Source of the DNA: Macrostomum lignano
Lineage: Eukaryota
Reading direction: 5' to 3'
Assembly (NCBI GenBank): GCA_002269645.1
Contig: NIVC01001054.1
Span: forward strand, 1-64,000
DNA length: 64,000 nt
In this document: positions 42,001-53,237 of the stretch, piece after piece
How the letters are laid out: each line of letters opens with the position of its first letter
Numbering within the stretch: the first letter of the stretch is position 1
Position numbers and translations under genes: made by a program
Notes under the pieces: model-generated
Databases searched by the model: none
The model's input: the letters and a program-made list of their open reading frames with translations, nothing else
What the model was told of the DNA's origin: nothing

Positions 42001-43175
42001 GGATCCAAAATTTGGGAACCGAGATTGGGGGTGTGGGATTGGGATCTGGGATCGGGGATCTAGGATCGGGGATCTAGGATCGGGGATCTAGGATCGGGGA
42101 TCTAGGATCGGGGATCTAGGATCGGGGATCTAGGATCGGGGATCTAGGATCGGGGATCTAGGATCGGGGATCTAGGATCGGGGATCTAGGATCGGGGATC
42201 TAGGATCGGGGATCTAGGATCGGGGATCTAGGATCGGGGATCTAGGATCGGGGATCTAGGATCGGGGATCTAGGATCGGGGATCTGGGATTAAGGATCCA
42301 AAATTTGGGATTTGGGAACCAGGATTGGGGATCTGAGATTTGGAATCCAGGATTGAGGATCTGGGATCGGGGATCTTGGATCGGGGATCTAGGATTCTGG
42401 ATCTGGGATTTGGGAATCCTGGATTAGGGATCTGGGATCGGAGATTGGGGATCTAGGATCGGGTATCTGGGATCGGGGATCCGGGATCGGGGATCCGGGA
42501 TCGGGGATCCGGGATCGGGGATCCGGGATCGGGGATCCGGGATCGGGGATCCGGGATCGGGGATCCGGGATCGGGGATCCGGGATCGGGGATCCGGGATC
42601 GGGGATCCGGGATCGGGGATCCGGGATCGGGGATACGGGATCGGGGATCCGGGATCGGGGATCCGGGATCGGGGACCCGGGATCGGGGATCCGGGATCGG
42701 GGATCTAGGATCGGGTATCTGGGATCGGGGATCCGGGATTGGGGATCCGGGATTGGGAAACTGGGGTTGGGGAACCGGGATTGGGGATCGGAGATTGGGG
42801 ATCTGGGATTGGGGATCTGGGACTGGCAAACTGGGATTGGGGATCTGGGACTGGCAAACTGGGATTGGGGATCTGAGAATTGGGATCTAGAATTGGAATT
42901 GAAGATTCGAGAAGCTGGTGCTGCTCACCTGGTTTAGACTGATGCTGATTTCTATTGACGCCAGACACAAGCGAAGTGACAGGCAAGCTTGCAGGATGAA
43001 TGGCTCCAGAAGGCTGGTGCAAGCTGTCCAGCTGACCCTGGCTGGCACCAGAGGTTGGCGGAGCACCCCGCAAGAAATGCACTAGGGCGTCTGTCTCTTT
43101 TGAGCTGCTGTCCTCTGTTGCTACAGCATTAGAGGATTGAGAATTAGGCGGTGGTGGGCCCGATGACAAAGACAT
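30083..43175 (-). CDS. CLCN3: ClC-3/4/5-type endosomal/vesicular 2Cl-/H+ exchanger (long form ~940 aa; alternative short form from ATG 40389, ~818 aa)
   Basis: Exons 43175-42929, 41973-41680 (or alternative first exon 40389-40218), 37801-37583, 35833-35685, 34617-33634, 32989-32404, 31850-31690 and 30268-30083. Motifs DFETIDW, GSGIPE, GKEGP (gating Glu), [10 protein letters not shown] (proton Glu), [17 protein letters not shown] and two CBS domains. The symbol denotes the ClC-3/4/5 co-orthologue; the first two exons are less certain. Confidence 0.95.
30405..31560. repeat. Minisatellite, 23-bp unit GAGGGGCGATTCTTAAGGTTGCT (last ClC intron)
   Basis: Read directly. Confidence 0.96.
31875..32330. 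repeat. Minisatellite, 31-bp unit TCTTTGATGTTTGCCGCTAACCTCATCTGAT
   Basis: Read directly. Confidence 0.95.
33005..33595. repeat. Minisatellite, 26-bp unit CTAGAGGACATTTAAGGGCGATTGTT
   Basis: Read directly. Confidence 0.95.
34690..35665. repeat. Minisatellite, 23-bp unit AGAGTGACTCTCAATAGGATCAT (29-bp variant interspersed)
   Basis: Read directly. Confidence 0.96.
36192..36455. repeat. Minisatellite, alternating 31/29-bp units with GGGAGGCTGGCCCA core
   Basis: Read directly; 20-aa periodic ORFs. Confidence 0.9.
36990..37500. repeat. Minisatellite, ~40-bp unit (CTACCCTGCAGTCTACTCTACCTTCCTATCTACC...)
   Basis: Read directly, degenerate at the edges. Confidence 0.85.
37855..38855. repeat. Minisatellite, 25-bp unit GTGGGATTCTAATCCCAATCTTTGG
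   Basis: Read directly. Confidence 0.95.
39405..40160. repeat. Minisatellite, 26-bp unit ATGAGAATGGCGCCAAATTGTGGGAG
   Basis: Read directly. Confidence 0.96.
40218..40389 (-). CDS. Candidate alternative first coding exon of the ClC gene ([19 protein letters not shown]...RKNG)
   Basis: Own ATG, open frame, and a phase-1 donor |gtatag matching the phase-1 acceptor at 37801. Confidence 0.55.
40625..41650. repeat. Minisatellite, 21-bp unit GAGGATCTGGGAGAATTCAGT
   Basis: Read directly. Confidence 0.96.
42000..42900. repeat. Minisatellite, 7/14-bp unit GGGGATC(C/T)(G/A)GGATC
   Basis: Read directly. Confidence 0.96.
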
Positions 43176-44349
43176 TGAGTGCAAATAGCAGCCTGAAAAA
43201 ATCAGCAAATAAACAAGTGTTGCTTAACTTCCCAATAATTGTACATGTAAATAAAGTATAATATATTTTATTTAGTTCATTACAACAAAGTTTCGATCCT
43301 AAGGAGCCTAATATTTTAGGGGGGGGGGGGGTGGCACCAGGCACAGGGCAAGGGGGCACAGGTACCTTTATAAGCTGCTAATTAGGGCCTAAAATCAGAA
43401 AAAGCACTAAAAATTACCACATGGGCTCATTTTCTGAGGGGGGGGAGGGCATGTGCCCCCAGTGCCGCAAGCTCCCGCCACCCATGGTCTTATATGCAAT
43501 GGCATATGTCATGACATTTATTTTCATTTTGACATCCTAAGGGATTCTTGAGATTTCATGACTTCTTTCAATTGTTAACTTTGTAATCTATAAACATAGT
43601 CTAGACTTCTGTGGGTCAGCAAGGGTCAGTAGTATATAAAGTAAAGTGATGCTATTGGTATATTTCAATTTATTTTTTTTTTTTATTATAACACTTATAA
43701 ATCATATTTTTATAATATATATGATTATATAATTTTTATTTACCAAATCAATCCATACATCTAACATTGTATAGACAATATAAATTATATAAATATTTTA
43801 ATATATATAATTAACATGAAATGATTTACAAAGAAAAATTTACACATAATGAATTTGCATTAATAATTTTGTGAGTTAACCACAAATTTATCATTCATGT
43901 TAGTGACAATTCCAATGACCAAAAGATGTAAAGAAAGAAATATAGGTCTGATAAGAAGTTACAACATTACAAATGTATTCAAATTTATCTAAATGCCTGA
44001 TTAATCTTTTTGTTTATAACAATGACCATGCAAATGTAACAACTTCTTAAACTAATGAACTTCAATAATGAATTAAAATTGTGAACTTTATTACTTGTGT
44101 ATGAGCATTGATTGCTTTGATTCACTTCTTTCCCAATGTTTTGTAACTTTCTGCAGCACCTGCTAATGCTATTGAAACAAACCCTTCTATTCATATTTTA
44201 TTATTAAATAATTAGCTTTTCAGTTTCAAATAAATTAGTTACTTTTTTTACTGTATGTACTTTTTAAGTACATGAAGTATTTAAAATTATTGTTTTTACT
44301 TTTTAGCCTTTAAATCCCTTAGATGATCTCTATGTTTCACTAAAAAGGT

Positions 44350-44573
44350 AGAAAAGCAAAGACGATGCATCATGGAAGTCTATTTTGGAAAAAATGCAAG
44401 ATTTCTGTATTTTCTGTGTTAACTTTAATGGATTAATACTTATTAACAATTATCAGTTAACTTTAAGTTAACTTGATAAAATTAAAAGTTAATACGTTAA
44501 GATTTTTTGTTTTAACGCTAACACTTTTGTCATTAATAGAAGTTAAGATCTTTATTAACAGTGCCCAACACTG
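44350..44573. mobile_element. Partial second copy of the DNAJC5-intron MITE (right end)
   Basis: Aligns by eye with 23470-23675 and ends in the same GTGCCCAACACTG terminus. Confidence 0.55.
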
Positions 44574-45122
44574 CCCCTACTATTAGTGTTAGACAGGATC
44601 TTGATCTCAATCTTGATTGTTAAAATCTCAGCATTTTTTAATCTCAATCTTGGATTCTTTAAAAAATTAGTCAAGATATGTGACTGATGTGACTATTGAT
44701 GACTACAGTATTATTTTATTTATATTTGATATAGGCCTATATCAAGTTATTAACAAGCTAAGTATTATATGAATTGTTTTTCTCATCATTGTGCATATTT
44801 AACAAATAACAATAGCATTGATAAGTAGAATAGTATAAATAGGCTTACTAGATGCCCCTACTAGAATAAGTGTAGAAAACCTGTAGACTTGCAATATAGG
44901 GTCTACAATTGTAGCTCAAAAATTTTGACAAAACACAGTAACTTGTTAACTTTTATACCAAATATAGATATAGTACTAATTAGATAATGAAGCATTTAGC
45001 CTTAATAAGACAGTCATAGTTACTCTTGTAGCATATGATAAAGATGGCCATATACCAAGATGGCTATAGCTCTAAATGTCTAAATCAATAATGATAACCA
45101 TAAGTCTATATATTTGGCACAT

Positions 45123-46059
45123 GACCAAGATGGCCACATACTAAGATGGCCAGAGCTCTGAATGGCTGCTTGGATAGGAATAAGTCTATATATTTCCTCA
45201 TTTCCTATTGGCTGTGATTGGGATGGGGTATGACCTAGCTTTAGGTCTTGGAGAAGACAGATTTTGTTAGTGAAATTAAACTAAGTAAAACAAAAAACAC
45301 TTTCCTTTTATAGCAGGTATTACTACCTACTAAAGCTAATAGCAGTACTAGCACAAGACTGATTTTTGTATCATAGATAATAGTTTCAAACCTATCTTCA
45401 ATATACTAAAACTGACATGCTGTTTATGTATGTTAAAAGTTAAAGGTAGAGTATAAGTTATTAGTTATGATAGAAGCAAAAATTGGAGTGCCCTCTTATC
45501 TCTGATCTTTTCTCTCATCTCTGCACTCTTGTCTCTTATCTTTTCTCTCTCTCATCTCTGCCCTCTCCTCTCTTATCTCTTGCCCTTTCCTCTCTCATGT
45601 CTGCCTTCTTCTTTCTTTTCTCTCTCATCTCTGCCTTTTCCTGTATTATCTTTCTCTTATCTCTGCTTTTTGAATGTCTGTCTAAATATCTGTTGTGAAA
45701 CCCTCACATGTACATAGCCTAGTACAAAATAAAACCCTTGAGAGTTGCATATTAATCTCATCATTAAGGCCTACTACTACTACTAGCAATGGTTTCTTGA
45801 TAAACTAATAATAGTGATAGATCAGATGGATGTAATGATAAAGAATAAGCCTAAATTGGCACAAACACTAAAAAGGATTAAAGTTTTTGTATTATAGGTA
45901 ATTATTTTCAAATCCATCATTGTTTCAGCATTTATAAATTATATAATTATATAAAAAGAAAAAAACAATAGATATTATATTTCAAATTATTATTAAATAA
46001 AGAGTAGATATAATAGAAATGTAATATTGTGGCCATCTTGGTATGTGGCCATCTTGGTC
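45123..46059. mobile_element. Element bounded by 30-bp inverted repeats (MITE-like) containing tandem AAGATGGC motifs
   Basis: 45123-45152 versus the reverse complement of 46030-46059 are 29/30 identical. Confidence 0.5.
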
Positions 46060-48341
46060 TTGTACTGCCCAAACTTCCTAAGAGTTAGACTTAGCAATTT
46101 GTAAATAAAATATGCATTTTGTATACATGTTACATTGATTAACTTCGTCTTTTAAGCAAATAATACATAATTTTAAATAATTGAGGCAATCTAACTTGCT
46201 GTGATTTGATATGATGGTAATAATGACTCATAGGTCATAGCAAAAATATTTAATAGATATAGTCAATAAAGGTATAAATTTAAAATTTTTAATTTCCGAG
46301 CCTTAAGATAATATTTACTCTGAGAAGCTAAATAAAAGAGGAAAAAATCGTGCACACCACGAAAAGTGACAAGATAGATGGATTGCATTAATTATAGATA
46401 GGCCCAAAGCAAAGAAACAGCATTATTTTAATACATTCTGCGGTAATACTTGAAGCACAAATTTAAATATGATGAAGTCGCATTGTCTGTGTCCTGCAAT
46501 GTATCTTTATGTCTATTTTAAAAGTAATCATATTTTGTACTTATTTCACATTGTGCATTATTTGTATTTGTAATCTATTTATATGTTACTGTACTTTTTA
46601 CTGTATGTATTAATGTTTATTTTGCTGGACAGTTTAAAATGAAGCTTGTTTTTGTGACTAATAATTAACTAATATAAATATGAATCACCGATTTTTTGTA
46701 AGAGTTCGCCGCTCTGATTATTCAGCACCTCTCGATTGAAAATTTAAGTGTTAGCTTCGGCAATTCATTTATTACAGTGTCATACTAGCTGGTGAAGTCA
46801 GAATTGAAACTTACGCTCATCTACTCGAATCTTCATCTTCAGAGAAGAGTTACTACATGTATACTCATACATTTAAAACAATTTCATCCCGATTTTTCAG
46901 AAATTTCCAGCTACAGGATAAAAAATCCCCAAAGGCCCCTAGAAATATAAGTTAACTGCAAATATAGTTCGTATGAAAGGTTCGGCCTTTTTAAGCCTGT
47001 AGCTTCGGGCCTCAGAACTCAGAAATGAATCACTTAGAACTCTGGCCTCTCACTCCTGTCAGATGGTCAGCCCCGTGGTAGCATCATTGTGGGCGAGCAG
47101 CAAGGTCCTATAGCTAAGAGAAGACAGCGAGAAACAAGCAGGGAGAATTTGCAAGGTAGAGATTAGCTAATACACTGATTAACTTACCCGCTGCCACCAG
47201 TCTGTGCGCCCCGGCTCACCAAACCGGAGCTATCGAAATCGGACTTCCGACTAGAGGGACACTGCACTTACCTGCCATCTAGTGTCTTTTAGCTGTCTAT
47301 CTCGAAGTCATAGCCGAAAAGAAGGGACGCTGATGGGACCAAGATCGCTTTGGCCATGCAGGGATCGAGAGGACTTTTGCAGGGGGTTCTTGCGCCGGCG
47401 AGCCTTTATACACTACTGAAAATACTATTTCATAATCAAATTCCCAGAAGTACATTTAGTAGTGTAGTAGTAGTGTTTAGTAGTGTGCTTTTGGCACTAA
47501 ATGTGTTAACGCGTCGACAGATAGCGATGATGTAGATGTACTGTTACTTTTGGAGACCTTTAGACTTATATTTAACTCGTCTTAGCCGCTTCGCTGCCTG
47601 AGACCGCGCGAAAGCACCAGTCTGGCACTTAAATGCTTATCATGATTTCTTAAATCGACTGATTGACTGGGAACTGTGCTGCTTCAGGTCCACCGTGACC
47701 CCTGCCTCTAGATTTAGCCACTCATCTCAGCCGGTATTGCGAAAAAGAAAGAAGATGCTAAGTCTGTAACTTCCAGATTTAACTTTCTCACTTAATCCGC
47801 AATCTTAAACACCTTAAATTGAGTCAGAGCGAATGGCTACTTTTAGTATTAACTGACACTTCTGCCTCGAGTTTGACACACAAAAGCAAGTAATCAAAAG
47901 TGCAAATACTATCAGACTACCTAGGAAGGGTCAGACAAAGGGCACACCCAGTTAAGCAGGTCAAGAAAGCCTCTCACCCGACCAATCAGAGGACCTAACT
48001 GCCGCGGTAGCCAAGAGATTCGCACAGACCGAAGCGCTCGGATGGGATGCTGCAGCCGATCTTAACTGACGAGTGCCGCCGTTATAGTCTTCACTTGCCG
48101 GTTGCTGTTGAAGCTCTTTGTTCGCGGTCGGGAGGTACCGGTGATGCCTCTCAAGGGGAACTTAGCTGTTGAAACCGAAACTGCCGGGGGAAGAGGGACC
48201 GGAGGCCGAAGAGGCAGCAGAAGCCGAAGGGGATTAGATTGGCAGGACCGGCCAAGGCCAATTAAGGTCAGGGCGTGCCAGAAGGTAGGGGGATGCTGGG
48301 AACCTCGAACAGGCCTTTTCGAGCGCGGGTCGAGTTGCCGC

Positions 48342-48475
48342 CTTTTATAACTTTCACGCGGCCGATTTGTTATAACGCACGACGAATTTTCTGATTGGCT
48401 GAGAGCTTTTGTTAAAATAGACGCCGAATTTTTCTGATTGGTCGAGCCGGGGGCAGTCAGGTCGACTCTGATTGG
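48342..48475 (-). promoter_or_regulatory. Candidate Pol II promoter: three CCAAT boxes followed by TATAAAAG
   Basis: ATTGG at 48394, 48437 and 48471; TATAAAAG on the minus strand at 48349-48342. Confidence 0.45.
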
Positions 48476-50026
48476 CTCAGCTCGAGACCCCAAAACCCAC
48501 CCCACCAGGTGGCCTTCGGACCCCAGGGAAGCTGACAGGTGCGGTCATAAATCATGTGCAAAACATAATAAAATTCACTTGTCTAGACATCCTGGCGCCA
48601 AAAGTGACAGAAAAACACCCATAAATTAAAGGAGAAAGTAACAGAGCGAGTGGGGAGAAGGCTGGAAAGGCCTATTTGACCCAGACAGGCTGGAGCCGAA
48701 AGTGACAGCTAGAACTCCATAAGTCACTGGAAGCAGTGAAAAAGTCACAAATTTGGGGATCAGAATGGGGCTAAAAACATTCCTCCCAGACGTAGTGTCG
48801 CCTGTCTAGACTGTTAGAGGTCAATCCGCCTCAGACCCAGACAGTCTGACCTTCAAAGATGCGTAAAAAATCCAAAATTAGAATCCTAAGAGAAGTACAT
48901 TGAGTATCTATCATAATTAACAGTAATGTCATAAGTCAGTATAGAACTTAATCTAGACGAGAAAATGGAGAGAAAATCCTAAGCTAGCCTACTGACAGCA
49001 GGGGAAAAGGCGCATCGAAGCAAAATGTGCGGTTTTAAGATTGAAAAAGGTGCGTCCTCGTCACGTACGTCAACTGGGGGACTGGAATTTAGGGAAGGGG
49101 GGAGCTAAAGTTAATTTCTATAGTTTTCCCTTTCAATGGGGAGCTCTTAAGTCATTGGGGTCAGGGACTCAAAAAACGACATTTTTGAAACGTCATGTCA
49201 GGTTGTGGTTTGGATTTTGGGGCCAAATACATGTAAGTTAAGATGAATGAAGCCAATGGTTTGTTGCAGAAACGTCTAACTTCTTGCTATTTCCTGTCCA
49301 GATGGTGAATCCGTCAGTTGTCCTCAGTTAATTTGTCTCAGAAATCCATCACACGAACCCCGTCCCAATTAGCACTTTTCTGAATTTGAAGCAGGTCAAA
49401 TATTGGAAGAATAAAACTCACAATCAGCTTGTGCGACGCGTTTCTGTCTACCCCAACTATTTTCAAGCAGTTTAACGGTGGAATAAATTTCTCGGTTGCA
49501 CCATCAATTGAAGATAAGCATACAGTGAAAACACTAGAGTACAGGTTTTAAACCTGCAGGGACCCTCGGTTCGGTACAAATTGTACACACCTAAATTTAG
49601 ACTTAGAGTTAATTTTCTGTAACTGCCTACAGCAGTTATCTTTTCTGCCGCACAACCAGATCCGAAAAAAAGTTTTCAGACACGCATGCTTTGCAGCTCG
49701 ACCTCCGTGCGGAGTGACTCAGGAGCTGTGTAAAATAATGAACCGCTGCTGAGGTTTCCTTTTGGAATAGATTAGTGTGCTGTAATGCATGTGCTGTAAT
49801 GGACGTTCAAAATTTTGTCAATATAATTTTTAACGAATTTTTTATCGCATTTTTTTTACAGAATCAACTAACTAAACTCAAGAATCAACTTTGCACAGAC
49901 ACATAATTTCATGATTTAGATTTCGGAAGTTCAATGGGGTTAGGATGTTGCCAATTGCTGATAATGTCGATACCGTTATGCATTGCCAGTGAAATTTGCC
50001 TGCTTTTCGAGTGTAGCATCCCAGTG

Positions 50027-51561
50027 TCACTTCCAAGCGAATCGCTCCTTCAGCGCTTTGAAAGGCGTCGAGTTTTTCTTCACCGGCGCCGAGGTCCCGC
50101 CCGCGGCAACTGCCGCGCTGACAGGCGTCTCCGAGCTGCGCAGTATCGCCAGCTCAATGGACTTTTTCTGCTGCCGCTTGCTGGAAGAGTGCATCGAGCC
50201 CGAGGCGGAAGCGCCGGAGCAGCCCAGCCCGCCGGGTCCGCAGGGGCTGCTGCCTCGGGATCGGCTGCCGGCGCTGCGGCTTCCGCTACCGGCGCCGCCG
50301 CTTGCGCCGCCATCTCCGGGGCCCAGCAGGAGCAGCTGGCGCTCACGCTGGTGCGCCTGACAGTTGGCGGCGTGCTGGCCAAGCAGACGGCGCATCAGGC
50401 GGCTCGGCTCCTGCGGCTCTTCGGCCACCGACAGCTCGGCGAACTGGCCGTCTTCTTCTCTGGCCGCGGCCAGCGCTTCGAGGGCCGTCACGCGACTGCG
50501 TTGTGCAAAAATAGGTTCCTTGATTGGGCCATTGAGTTCGTCATAAACTCTGTGCTACCATTTTATGGTGTCTTTGGAATTTACCCCTAATTTACGGTTT
50601 CTCTGTGAGCTCCTATCCTGACTGTGTCTGCTAAACTCATTTATTGTGTCATATTTGTGCGTCATCATTGTGCGTTTTTTGTGACAAAAACCATGGCATT
50701 GTCTGCCAATTGTGTCTATCGAGCGAGCTGTAAACTGCGAACCGTTTGTCATCCAGATCAGCCTTGTTGCCAACCAACGCCAGAGTGACCTCCCTGGCCT
50801 GGTCGTGACGGCTGAGCTGCTCCAGAATGCCAAGTGCCCGTTGGTAGGTGCTCCGATCGTCTATGGCGTACATCACCATGGCGACGTGGCTCCACTGACA
50901 AATGCTGGCCAGATTGAGGTGTTCCTAAAATAGTTTTTACAACTTTGGTGCATTAAATATTTTGTTTTTTCTCTCGTAAGTTGGTTTGTGAGCGTGTGCA
51001 TGAGAGCAAAATACTTTCAGCGCTGGTTGCAGGCCGATGTTGCAAGTGCCCCCAAGTTTCCTCCTAATCTTTTTTATTCGGGTTGAACTTTGTTAATTCA
51101 GAGAGTGCCTGCATAAACCAATGCAGGCAATGCGAAATGTGGGGCTCGTAAAAGCACCTCAGTTCGAAGAACTCAAAACAGTTCTGATTTTATTTTACCT
51201 TGTCTACCGTGTCCTTGAGATTCATTTCGAAGTAGTAGCCGCCAACGCTTTCCTGTCTGGTGTAGACACCCTCTGAAATGTTAGCAAGTGTTTAAATGCG
51301 GATGTAAGTGCCTAAAAGTTTGCAGATTGAGCCATTTGACAACCTGAGCGCACCCAGCTTGTCGCTGTACTCGCCGATAAACCGTTGCGTCATCAGGCGC
51401 ACGGCGAAGGCGGACTTGCCGACCCCGCTGGCGCCCAGCAGGCTGACGCAGACGCGTACGGGCGACTCCGGGTCGCGTGACAGCCGCATGCTTCTCAGCC
51501 CGGAGCGATGGCTGCTGCCGCCGCCGAGGTGAATCAGGCCGCTGAAATCCGGGAAGGACAT
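50027..51561 (-). CDS. Ras-family small GTPase, RERG/RASL11/RASL12-like, atypical G3 box, no CAAX
   Basis: Exons 51561-51354, 51272-51199, 50924-50743 and 50495-50027 in consistent phase (1,0,2). G1 GASGVGKS, G2 region RFIGEY, G3 position DTVDK, G4 VGNKADL, G5 ELSVA; basic C-terminus ...PFKALKERFAWK. Confidence 0.9.
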
Positions 51562-52334
51562 GCTCGCAAGAATCTCTGAGTAAGAATTGCTCGACTGGCT
51601 ACTCAGCCGAAGCTCTTTTTATGGGCGCGAGCGGCTGGTTCCAGGTGACAAGCCCGTCTGTCTTTGTTGGGACTGCTGCTTATCGCAGGTTGTTGATCGA
51701 AATAATTCATATCCTGCTGCCGCTAGCGACACTCTCTTGCCGGGCAGTTTTATGAAGTTTCCAGTCACGCTTCGAAGCTTTACCTTATATTGGTGATGAA
51801 GTCAAGAAATTCGATAACAGCTCGGAGCCCGCTACTCTTATCGACACGATTCGGCTATGGCGCAGAAAAGTTTCTCTTATCCCTGTGAGCTGCTACCGTA
51901 TGGAATGAGACTGCGTTTGGAGTTTTGAGTCGAGTGTTAGATGTTGTTTTTAGAGGAATTCGAGGCCCTCTCTGAACGCCAAAAGGGCGGGTGTTGTTGC
52001 AGGCGGTAATGCAGCTTATCCGGCTTTATGACACGGAGACCTGCTGCTCCCACGCACTTGCAAGTTGATCTTCAATATCGATGGACAATAGAACCGCCAA
52101 CTTCCGAGTCCGTCCAAGCGAAAATCGGTGACTTTCATGAGATGTAACGATTTCAGTGCTCAGTCCGTGACTGCAAGTCCGTAACAGTCCGCAAAGGTCG
52201 TTGCAGTGCGTTGTGTAAGTGAGCTGCGCTCTATTTCACCCTCAGAATCGCAATTTGAGCACTCGAAAGCTACAGCCCATTCTGTACATTTTGAGGACTG
52301 TAAATTAGTTCAGAAATTGAGTCATTTTTTATTT

Positions 52335-52650
52335 TTCAGTGATTTCCATGCAGTATCGCCACGCCGGCCTGGTCCGTCCAAGCGACCTGTTGCGCCGTCG
52401 GTGACTCCAGCTGGCAGGCCACATCATCCGCGCCGAGCCCGTGCAGGAGGTGCTGCTGCTAACGCTGCAGGCACCCTACCGGCGAGGGCAGACGCGCACT
52501 CGGCGTTTCGTCGACTGCCTGGTGGCTGACGCCGGCGCCCCAGATTCGGCCGGCGGCGTGGCGTTCATCCGCGACCTGGCCTTGAAGCGCGCCCTGGGAC
52601 GCTAACCCTGCGTATTCTGTTGTTGTTATTGTGGTGTTGTTGCGAAATAA
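52335..52650 (+). mobile_element. 5'-truncated RTE-clade LINE, 3' end with (TTG)n tail
   Basis: Frame 52348-52605 reads YRHAGLVRPSDLLRRR*LQLAGHIIRAE...RRGQTRTRRFVDCL, resembling the RTE ORF2 C-terminal RRLxxxGHxxR motif, with an in-frame TGA at 52402. Confidence 0.75.
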
Positions 52651-53237
52651 AACTCGATTGTAAAAGAAATTCGGTCCTGATCGGTAGAAAGCGATGTGAA
52701 ATTAAATTATGGAAACCGGACTCGCAATGCCCCGAGTAAGAGTAAAAATATACAAAGAAAACTGAAACTCTGGGTGCCTACTTATTGAGTAGTAGAATGC
52801 ACATTCAGTGACGGAGATCTTTACATCTTATCTTCTCTGTGAATAAAAAATTCTGGACAATTACAGACGCTTTCAAATCGTAGAATTCGGCCCTAACAGG
52901 TGCTTCTTCTAAAACCTGAATTGCACCCTTCCTCTCTTCTTTCCTCTGTCTCCAGTCTTCTCCATCCCGATGGCTCTCTCCTCGCAAATTCTCCCCAACG
53001 TGCTCTTCCCAACGCATCTCTAAGCATTCCTGCGTGGGTTCTACAGCACGACAGTCCCCACGGCGCCCATCTGCCATCTGCACCGGCAGCAGCTGGCCCG
53101 TGTGAAACTGACAGACGAGAGCACAAGAAGAAGCTAAGAAGAAGAAGAAGAGACGCGCGCGTTCTATTATTCTCGCGCAAATAATGAATTGGCCTGTCAG
53201 CCTCCAAACTGCAAACTCCCTGTAGGAGAGGATGACG

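Noticed and set aside
24066-42900. 25-34-bp tandem arrays as CRISPR arrays
   Set aside because: Units are head-to-tail with no unique spacers, there are no cas genes, and the context is eukaryotic introns.
49934-50590. Plus-strand 218-aa ORF and other ORFs overlapping real exons
   Set aside because: They are antisense shadows of the GC-rich last exon of the GTPase gene.
52940-53180. Exon-like GC-rich segment (MALSSQILPNVLFPTHL*AFLRGFYS...)
   Set aside because: It has an in-frame stop, no recognisable family and no partner exons.
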